The notes: generated by a model not told the origin, from the sequence alone. Shown: positions 1 to 5,942, counted from the first letter of the stretch. The stretch is 22,911 nucleotides of DNA from Geobacterales bacterium (GCA_038206285.1 JBBRBA010000051.1:1-22911); one strand, 5' to 3'. Program-made: numbers and translations.

Positions 1-724
1 GATTATTGGTCAGGGTGACGTTGGTCAAAACAGGGCTGCTCCGCAGGCTGTAGATGCCGCCCCCTTCGAACCAGGCCTGATTGTTGCTGATGAGCAGATT
101 GGTCAGTATCGGGCTGGAACCCAGGTTATAGATGCCGCCGCCGGTGAGGGCGGCGCTATTGCCGGTAATGACGAGATTTGTCAGGGTGGGCGCGGCGTTG
201 ACGATGTAAAAACCGCCGCCGTCGCTGTTAACGCCCGCACCGTCGGCAGTGCCGCCGCTGATGGTGAAACGATCCAGCACCGCGCTGCTGTTGACGCCAT
301 TTGCCACCACCACATGCCAGGAGTTGTCACTTGTGTTCCCCGGCACGCCGATGTCGCCGCTTAAGGTAGTGACGTTGCCGCTGGCAGGCCGCTCGCTCCG
401 GGCGGCCTCACTGCCGCTGAAGCCGCCGTAGATGGCGACGCCGCTCTTCAGCACAAAGGAAACAGTCCGGTCAGCGCCGCTGGTCGGCCGATAGGTACCG
501 GCCTTGACCCAGATCTCGTCACCGGCGCCGGCCAGGGCAATGGCACTCTGCAGGTCGCAGGCGCTCCCCCAGGCGGCGCAGACGCCGCTGGCAAGGCCGC
601 CCGGCTGGGCAAAGCGGATGGTGGCAGCAGCCGGGGTGAAGGCGCCGCTCCAGAGGAGCAGGCAGAGAGCGGTCAGGAACAGTCCGGCAGCGCGGTGGGA
701 ATATTTTGTCTCGTTATGGTTCAT
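1..724 (-). CDS. Secreted right-handed parallel beta-helix repeat protein (Pmp-like / choice-of-anchor-Q-like). Only the N-terminal ~241 aa are present and the gene continues past the left edge of the window.
   Basis: I translated this myself. It is absent from the ORF track because no stop codon lies inside the window. ATG at 724-722 gives MNHNETKYSHRAAGLFLTALCLLLWSGAFTPAAA (signal peptide), then IRFAQPGG..CDLQSAIALAGAGDEIWVKAGTYRPT..FVLKSGVAIYGGF..TTLSGDIG..DNSWHVV..LDRFTISGG. Periodic repeats follow: GGGFYIV..SPTLTNLVITGN / GGGIYN..SPILTNLLISNN / GGGIYS..SPVLTNVTLTNN. A GAGG Shine-Dalgarno (SD) sequence lies about 10 nt upstream. Confidence 0.8.
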   Translation of the reverse strand, partial: MNHNETKYSHRAAGLFLTALCLLLWSGAFTPAAATIRFAQPGGLASGVCAAWGSACDLQSAIALAGAGDEIWVKAGTYRPTSGADRTVSFVLKSGVAIYGGFSGSEAARSERPASGNVTTLSGDIGVPGNTSDNSWHVVVANGVNSSAVLDRFTISGGTADGAGVNSDGGGFYIVNAAPTLTNLVITGNSAALTGGGIYNLGSSPILTNLLISNNQAWFEGGGIYSLRSSPVLTNVTLTNN

Positions 725-772
725 GGCATCAGCCTCGTCATCATGGTTTCGGCAACAGTTGTGCAGCTCGTA

Positions 773-2353
773 TTACGGCGTCTTCCTGGTATCCGGGTTC
801 TTCAACATAAGCTCCTGCGGTTTTTTCTCCACCACCCCGGTTGTGTCGAAAAAAATCTGCACCCTGTCGTATTCCCGCCCGGTGGGGGCAGTCAATACAA
901 CCCAGCAGAAGTGGCTGCCGGTCAGGTCAACGCTGCTCCGCAGCGGAACGGCAAAGGTCACCTGCTCGAGCGGAGCTATTGTGCGTGCCTGGGGGGAGAC
1001 CGCTTCAATCCCTGGTTGACAACCGGTCAGAGCCACAATGTAATCCGCGGTGGTGCTGCCGACGTTTTCAATAACGACATTCATCACCCCCTGCCGCGTG
1101 AGTGAGTTGAACGGAGTGGCGCTCGCATCCTTGATCCAGCCGACCGCTTCGTAGGTGGTAGTGCCGGACTGGGCCGCATCCAGCTCAAGAGCCACCCGCG
1201 AGCTGACCGGCTCAGTTTCTACGACCTTGAGAGCCAGACCGGTCATCTCTGCCAGCCCGGACTTGAAGAGCTTCTTCCCCCGGAGCAGGTAGTCGGTTTC
1301 CGCCTCCGGGTTGGCGGTCAGCAGCGCCAGATCCGCCGCCAGGAGCTGCTTCAGCTGATTCCCCAGACAGGCGCCGGCCACGCTTTTATCCGCCCCGGCC
1401 AGCTGGCTGCGAAAGGCGCTGTAACCGGTCCCCACCTTGTCGCAGTCACTGCCGTCAACCGAGACCAGCTGCCGTGGCAGCAGCAGCGCGCTGTTCCAGT
1501 CGGGCTTGCCGTTGACCAGGGCTGTCGGGAGATAGACGATAGAGCCGGAAAGATCAGGTGGCGCCTGCCCAGCATCGCCATCAGCGGTTAAGGTGGCATG
1601 GACCGGGTGCGCAGATATGTCAAGCCATACGGGAATGTCCGGGGAGAGGGAGAATGTAAATAATGTGGCAGCTGCTTTAGTGACAGTGAAGTTGATGCGG
1701 TAGTCACGGCGGGGCGGGTCGATCTCGTAGCCACGGTAGCTGACCCCGCTCTGGCGCAGGCAGTGGCCGATGGAGAAGGAATCGGTCAGGGTGGACTGTG
1801 CCGCCAGCTCTTTCTCCCCCCGCCACCAGGCGGCCGGGTCGCTGCTGCTTTTCAGCTGCAGAAGGCTGCGGTTGCTGCAGAATCCCTGGGAATCGGCGAT
1901 CCTGTTGCCGCCGCCATCAAGCTGCCAGCCACAGGTGGGGGCAGCAGCAGCGGAACCGTCACTGCAGGCGGCTATGCCGGGACGGCTGTTATTCACCCTG
2001 ACCAGTTCCTCATAGGGGGCAAAGTCCACCGTCTGCAGGTAGCGGAGCGGATAGCTCCAGACCGGCCGGGTCTTGACAAGATTAATAGTGATCGGCTGTT
2101 CCAGCGTGATCTTCCCTGTCGAAGAAGTATCCATGTACGCCACATCCAGATTAGCGGTGAGGCCAAAGGCGATGTCCAGGCTAAGCCACAGCTTATTCTC
2201 GCAGCTAATGTCCGAATCCGTGCTGACACAATATTTGATGGTCGTACCGATTGGCTCGCCGGCGCTGGCCGGCCGCTCCATGACCGGCGCCAGGGCCAGC
2301 AGGAGCAGCAGCGTAAGACAGCGGCGAAAGGCTGATGTAGGTAACATATCCAT
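773..2353 (-). CDS. HAP2/GCS1-like (fusexin-like) secreted protein, paralog 1 (526 aa). Has a signal peptide and no TM anchor.
   Basis: Complete ORF with TAAGGAG directly upstream of the ATG. N-terminal signal peptide RRCLTLLLLLALAPV..ASA. Ten Cys in the mature part are conserved across the three paralogs. Motifs I recognise from eukaryotic HAP2: C-x8-C-ENK near the N-terminus, PVWSYPLRYL, CGWQLDGGGNRIADSQGFC, HCLRQSGVSYRGYE, and the HAP2-GCS1 (PF10699-type) signature LLLPRQLVSVDGSDCDKVGTGYSAFRSQ..ACLGNQLKQLLAADLALL. The C-terminal Ig-like domain reads VMNVVIENVGSTTADYIVALTGC...C..VL. Confidence 0.78.
   Translation of the reverse strand: MDMLPTSAFRRCLTLLLLLALAPVMERPASAGEPIGTTIKYCVSTDSDISCENKLWLSLDIAFGLTANLDVAYMDTSSTGKITLEQPITINLVKTRPVWSYPLRYLQTVDFAPYEELVRVNNSRPGIAACSDGSAAAAPTCGWQLDGGGNRIADSQGFCSNRSLLQLKSSSDPAAWWRGEKELAAQSTLTDSFSIGHCLRQSGVSYRGYEIDPPRRDYRINFTVTKAAATLFTFSLSPDIPVWLDISAHPVHATLTADGDAGQAPPDLSGSIVYLPTALVNGKPDWNSALLLPRQLVSVDGSDCDKVGTGYSAFRSQLAGADKSVAGACLGNQLKQLLAADLALLTANPEAETDYLLRGKKLFKSGLAEMTGLALKVVETEPVSSRVALELDAAQSGTTTYEAVGWIKDASATPFNSLTRQGVMNVVIENVGSTTADYIVALTGCQPGIEAVSPQARTIAPLEQVTFAVPLRSSVDLTGSHFCWVVLTAPTGREYDRVQIFFDTTGVVEKKPQELMLKNPDTRKTP
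848..1156 (-). repeat. Near-identical segment shared by paralog 1 and paralog 3 (encodes the Ig-like C-terminal domain). The partner copy is at 4064-4372.
   Basis: My hand alignment is ungapped at an offset of 3216 nt. It shows about 17 mismatches in 309 nt, including a perfectly identical 119-nt run (1008-1126 = 4224-4342). The corresponding region of paralog 2 is much more divergent. Confidence 0.85.
1621..1780 (-). repeat. Near-identical segment shared by paralog 1 and paralog 2 (central region). The partner copy is at 3230-3389.
   Basis: My hand alignment at an offset of 1609 nt shows 4 mismatches in 160 nt. Weaker but still high similarity continues to about 2068/3677. Paralog 3 is less similar here. 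Confidence 0.85.
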
Positions 2354-2363
2354 GGAAAACTCC

Positions 2364-3962
2364 TTACGGTGTCTTGACGGTGGTATCGCTGTTTTTCAGC
2401 ATCTTCTCCAGCGGCGTCAGGTCACTGACGGCACTTGGGGTGAAGGAGACCAGCTGCTGGGCATATGGCAGCCCGGACGGGGCAGTGAGCGTCACCAGAC
2501 AGCTGCGGCTGCCGCTCTGACCGTTCTCTGCCGTCAGGTTAAAGAGAAACCCGGCCTGGCCACCCGGCGCCAGAGTGCTGGCCTGGGGAGGGATGCTCCC
2601 GCGGATGCCGGGCGTACAGCCGCTCACCGTGACCAGGTAATCGGCAGTGAGCGGACCGCTGTTGCTGACGATCACCTTCAGTGAAGCATCCCGCGAGGTG
2701 ACGCCATGGGGGACTACGCTGGCCGAAACAATCACCCCGGTGGATTCGCTGCTGCTGGCGCCGACCTGAGCGGCGTCAATCTGCAGGCTGAGGCTGGAGT
2801 AGACCAGCTCCGGGGCGATGACGGTCAACTTCTGGCCGGTAAGGGTCGCCAGACCGCCCTTGAAGAGCTTTTTGCCACGCACCAGATAGTCGGTCTCGGC
2901 ATCCGGATTGGCCGCCAGCCGCGCCAGATCCGACGCCAGGAGCTGCTTCAGCTGATTCCCCAGGCAGGCGCCGGCCACGGATCTATCAGCCACCCCCGCC
3001 TGACTGCGAAAGGCGCTGTAGCCGCTCCCCACCCGGTCGCAGTCGCTGCCGTCCCGCGACACCAGCTGCCGTGGCACCAGCAGCAGGTTGTTCTGCCAGT
3101 CGAGCACCTTCGGGTCGTTGGCCGGGGCGCTCGGCACATAGAGGATAGAGCCGGAAAGATCGGCCGGCTGGCCGGCCGGCTGGTCTTCCCCGGTCAGGGT
3201 TGCCTTGATCGGGTGCGCAGACGATCTGTCAAGCCATACGGGAATGTCCGGGGAGACGGAGAATGTAAATAATGTGGCAGCTGCTTTAGTGCCAGTGAGG
3301 TTGATGCGGTAGTCACGGCGGGGCGGGTCGATCTCGTAGCCGCGGTAGCTGACCCCGCTCTGGCGCAGGCAGTGGCCGATGGAGAAGGAGGCTGCCTGAG
3401 TGGACTGCGCTCCCAGCTCCTTTTCTCCCCGCCACCAGGCGGCCGGGTCGCTGCTGCTTTTCAGCTGCAAAAGGTTACGGTTGCTGCAAAACCCCTGGGA
3501 GTCGGCGATCCTGTTGCCGCCGCCATCAAGCTGCCAGCCGCAGCTGGGGGGGGCAGCAGCAACGCCATCCACGCAGGCAGCAATGCCGGGGCTGCTGTTG
3601 AGCACTTTTGTCAGCTCCTCATAGGGGGCAAAATCCACGGTGTGCAGGTAGCGGAGCGGATAGCTCCAGACCGGTTGGGACTTGGCAATATTAATTGTGA
3701 ACGGCGCTTCCAGCGTGGTCTTCTCTCCCCCACCTTTTTGCGTGACCGTCTCCATGTACGCCACATCAAGATTAACGCTATCGCCGAACCCGACCCGCAT
3801 CTGCAGATTGACCTTATTCTCGCAGCTAATGTCCGAATCCGTGCTGACACAAGCGGTATGTACGCTTGTCAGCGGCGCCGGCGCCGCTGACAAGGGGAAC
3901 GGCAGGGCCAGCAGCAGAGCCAGCGGGCAGAGTAACGTAAAGAGACTATTCTTGTTATTCAT
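2364..3962 (-). CDS. HAP2/GCS1-like (fusexin-like) secreted protein, paralog 2 (532 aa). Has a signal peptide and no TM anchor.
   Basis: Complete ORF with an AAGGAG SD upstream of ATG 3962. Signal peptide LFTLLCPLALLLALPFPLSA. It carries the same motif set as paralog 1: CVSTDSDISCENK, PVWSYPLRYLHTVDFAPYEEL, CGWQLDGGGNRIADSQGFCSNR, AAWWRGEKE, HCLRQSGVSYRGYEIDPP, LLLVPRQLVSRDGSDCDRVGSGYSAFRSQ..ACLGNQLKQLLASDLARLA. Its C-terminal Ig-like domain is divergent (LKVIVSNSGPLTADYLVTVSGC...SC.VTL). Confidence 0.78.
   Translation of the reverse strand: MNNKNSLFTLLCPLALLLALPFPLSAAPAPLTSVHTACVSTDSDISCENKVNLQMRVGFGDSVNLDVAYMETVTQKGGGEKTTLEAPFTINIAKSQPVWSYPLRYLHTVDFAPYEELTKVLNSSPGIAACVDGVAAAPPSCGWQLDGGGNRIADSQGFCSNRNLLQLKSSSDPAAWWRGEKELGAQSTQAASFSIGHCLRQSGVSYRGYEIDPPRRDYRINLTGTKAAATLFTFSVSPDIPVWLDRSSAHPIKATLTGEDQPAGQPADLSGSILYVPSAPANDPKVLDWQNNLLLVPRQLVSRDGSDCDRVGSGYSAFRSQAGVADRSVAGACLGNQLKQLLASDLARLAANPDAETDYLVRGKKLFKGGLATLTGQKLTVIAPELVYSSLSLQIDAAQVGASSSESTGVIVSASVVPHGVTSRDASLKVIVSNSGPLTADYLVTVSGCTPGIRGSIPPQASTLAPGGQAGFLFNLTAENGQSGSRSCLVTLTAPSGLPYAQQLVSFTPSAVSDLTPLEKMLKNSDTTVKTP
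3230..3389 (-). repeat. Partner copy of the 1621-1780 repeat (paralog 2 central region).
   Basis: See 1621-1780. Confidence 0.85.
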
Positions 3963-3985
3963 TGGATACTCCTTGGCAGGCGCCG

Positions 3986-5602
3986 CTACGGCGCCTTGAC
4001 CGTGGTGTCGCTATTTTTCAGCAGCAGCTTGTCTGGCGCAGTTTCACTGACAGCGCTTGTGGCGAAGAAAATCTGCACCCTGTCGTATTCCCGCCCGGTG
4101 GGGGCAAGCAATACAACCCGGCAGAAGTGGCTGCCGGTCAGATCGACGCTGCTCCGCAGCGGAAAGGCAAAGGTCACCTGCTCGCGCGGAACGATAGTGC
4201 GCGCCTGGGGGGAGACCGCTTCGATCCCTGGTTGACAACCGGTCAGAGCCACAATGTAATCCGCGGTGGTGCTGCCGACGTTTTCAATAACGACATTCAT
4301 CACCCCCTGCCGCGTGAGTGAGTTGAACGGAGTGGCGCTCGCCTCCGGTATCCAGCCGACCGCTTCGTAGGTTAAAGCGTCGACCTTGGATGGAGCCATC
4401 TCCAGGGCGAGGGTGGAATAGGTGAGCTCCGGGCTTTTGAGCAGCAGCGACGGCTTCCCCAGAGTGGCCATCTCTGCCAGACCGGCCTTGAAGAGCTGCT
4501 TGCCGGAGAGGAGATAGTCGGTCTCGGCAGCGGGATTGGCGGCCAGCCGCGCCAGATCGGCCTGATGGAGCTGCTTCAGCTGGTTCCCCAGGCAGGCGCC
4601 GGCCGCACTCCTGTCCGCCACCCCCCCCTGCCGCCGGAACGCCCCGTAACTGACCCCCACCTTATTGCAGCCGCTGCCGTCGCTGGTCACCATGGTGCGC
4701 GGCACCAGCAGCAGGTTGTGCGTCCAGTCGATCACCTTGGGATCATCGGCAGGCTCAGACGGTACGTAGAGGATGGAGCCGGAGAGGTTCAGCGGCACCG
4801 GCTGCGGAGATTCCCGCCCCACCAGGGAGATCTGCAGCGGATAGGTGACGCTGGCCGGGTCATCACGATAAAAAGGCTTGTCAACAGAGAGCGCGAAGGG
4901 GCTGAGCAGGGTCTCGCCGCTGTAGACGCCGCCGCTGATGTCGAACTCCCGCACCGGCGGATCGATCTCGTAGCCACGGTACTTGACCCCGGACTGCCGC
5001 AGGCAGTGGCCGATGGAGAAGGAGTCGGTCAGGGTGGACTGCGCCCCCAGCTCTTTCTCCCCCCGCCACCAGGCATCGCCCGGCCCACAGTTCTGCAGCT
5101 GTAACAGGTCGCGGTTGCTGCAGAATCCCTGGGAATCGGCAATGGGACTGCCCCCGCCATTAAGCTGCCAGCCGCAGGTGGGGGCGACAGCGTCCGAAGC
5201 ATCAACGCAAGAGGCAATGCCGGGGCGGCTGTTGACCACCTTGACCAGCTCCTCTTTTGGCGCATAATCCACGGTGTGCAGGTAGCGGAGCGGATAGACC
5301 CAGGAGGGCATGCTCTTGCTTACTTTGAGGGTTTCAGCCACGCTACCGCGACCGGCGGCGCCGCTGTAGTTAGCCATCAGGACAGCAGTGACCCCATTGC
5401 TCACCCCGACATTCACTGCCTGCCGGGGGGTACAGACCGTCCTGGTGACGGCCGAATACGACTGCTGGACGCACTTGGTGAAGCTGTTGCTGCCGATGAA
5501 CAGCGCGGCATCTGCCGGACAAGGGGGGCAGAGTGCGGCTGTCAGCAGCAGTAACAGGAGAGCAACGAAATGTGCCCTGGTTGTGATGTCAATAATCTTC
5601 AT
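3986..5602 (-). CDS. HAP2/GCS1-like (fusexin-like) secreted protein, paralog 3 (538 aa). Has a signal peptide and no TM anchor.
   Basis: Complete ORF with a GGAG SD upstream of ATG 5602. Signal peptide HFVALLLLLLTAAL. The N-terminal ~95 aa are divergent. After that: WVYPLRYLHTVDYAPKEEL, CGWQLNGGGSPIADSQGFCSNR, GDAWWRGEKE, HCLRQSGVKYRGYEIDPP, LLLVPRTMVTSDGSGCNKVGVSYGAFRRQ..ACLGNQLKQLHQADLARLA. The Ig-like C-terminal domain is nearly identical to that of paralog 1. Confidence 0.78.
   Translation of the reverse strand: MKIIDITTRAHFVALLLLLLTAALCPPCPADAALFIGSNSFTKCVQQSYSAVTRTVCTPRQAVNVGVSNGVTAVLMANYSGAAGRGSVAETLKVSKSMPSWVYPLRYLHTVDYAPKEELVKVVNSRPGIASCVDASDAVAPTCGWQLNGGGSPIADSQGFCSNRDLLQLQNCGPGDAWWRGEKELGAQSTLTDSFSIGHCLRQSGVKYRGYEIDPPVREFDISGGVYSGETLLSPFALSVDKPFYRDDPASVTYPLQISLVGRESPQPVPLNLSGSILYVPSEPADDPKVIDWTHNLLLVPRTMVTSDGSGCNKVGVSYGAFRRQGGVADRSAAGACLGNQLKQLHQADLARLAANPAAETDYLLSGKQLFKAGLAEMATLGKPSLLLKSPELTYSTLALEMAPSKVDALTYEAVGWIPEASATPFNSLTRQGVMNVVIENVGSTTADYIVALTGCQPGIEAVSPQARTIVPREQVTFAFPLRSSVDLTGSHFCRVVLLAPTGREYDRVQIFFATSAVSETAPDKLLLKNSDTTVKAP
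4064..4372 (-). repeat. Partner copy of the 848-1156 repeat (paralog 3 C-terminal domain).
   Basis: See 848-1156. Confidence 0.85.
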
Positions 5603-5624
5603 GGTGAACTCCGTTGTATGAGCT

Positions 5625-5831
5625 TCATAGCTGTTCCTTTGACGTTTTCCGGCGCTGCCGTTTGCCTGCGCCCTGGTTCAACACTGCCGCCAGTTCATTC
5701 AGATCGGTAAAAGGGGTCCGACTACTGCTGCCGTCCAGCATCTCCACCTGACCGGTGAGCTTGTGCGGATTTTCGCTGTCGTGGCGGTAGATTCTTACAA
5801 GGTAACTTTGTGCGGTCGATAGTTCGGTCAT
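5625..5831 (-). CDS. Small hypothetical protein (68 aa from ATG 5831; the ORF track extends it to a GTG at 5870).
   Basis: The ORF sits 22 nt upstream of paralog 3 on the same strand. Sequence: MTELSTAQSYLVRIYRHDSENPHKLTGQVEMLDGSSSRTPFTDLNELAAVL followed by a basic tail GKRQRRKTSKEQL. No convincing SD precedes either candidate start. I do not recognise a named family. Coding status rests on length, position and the lack of an alternative. Confidence 0.45.
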   Translation of the reverse strand: MTELSTAQSYLVRIYRHDSENPHKLTGQVEMLDGSSSRTPFTDLNELAAVLNQGAGKRQRRKTSKEQL

Positions 5832-5853
5832 GATGACATGGTGGCACACGCCT

Positions 5854-5874
5854 ACCCACAGATGACCCACAGAT
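5854..5874 (-). promoter_or_regulatory. Tandem 10-bp direct repeat with 11-bp phasing. Candidate regulator-binding site upstream of the small ORF and fusexin-like block.
   Basis: The plus strand reads acccacagat-g-acccacagat (5854-5863 and 5865-5874). On the minus strand this is ATCTGTGGGT-C-ATCTGTGGGT. It lies between the regulator stop (5943) and ATG 5831. Confidence 0.3.
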
Positions 5875-5942
5875 TGGAAAATAACTAAAGAATGGAATAT
5901 GTATTGATCAGTTTTGCGCGGGGAAGAGCGGCAAATGCGGCA

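Noticed and set aside
504-5554. Many long plus-strand ORFs in the ORF track opposite the beta-helix and fusexin-like genes. Examples: 504-1019, 695-1105, 1763-2335, 2073-2684, 2706-3272, 3372-3890, 3962-4321, 4565-5104, 5276-5554.
   Set aside because: They are antisense shadows of strongly supported minus-strand genes in GC-rich DNA. Their products are low-complexity and Arg/Pro/Gly/Ala-rich. Their apparent paralogy (for example 695-1105 vs 3962-4321) only mirrors the repeats in the real genes. None has an SD or a recognisable motif.
773-5602. Could the repeated ~1.6-kb units be a CRISPR array, a tandem satellite or an IS cluster?
   Set aside because: The units are full-length protein-coding paralogs of about 1.6 kb, each with its own start, stop and SD. 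There are no short repeat-spacer units, and no transposase or inverted terminal repeats.
773-5602. Eukaryotic (algal) contamination or a chimeric assembly as the explanation for HAP2-like genes.
   Set aside because: The genes are intron-less, carry bacterial SD sequences and Sec signal peptides, and are packed 10-23 nt apart. They are physically contiguous in this window with a bacterial regulator and frr-pyrH-tsf-rpsB. Assembly chimerism cannot be fully excluded from sequence alone and should be checked against reads.
5511-5602. Lipoprotein signal or CxxC redox motif in paralog 3 (LLLTAALCPPCPADAA).
   Set aside because: AALC does not fit the lipobox consensus (position -1 should be G/A/S). 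CPPC lies within or next to the predicted signal-peptide cleavage region, so any functional meaning is unsupported without prediction tools.
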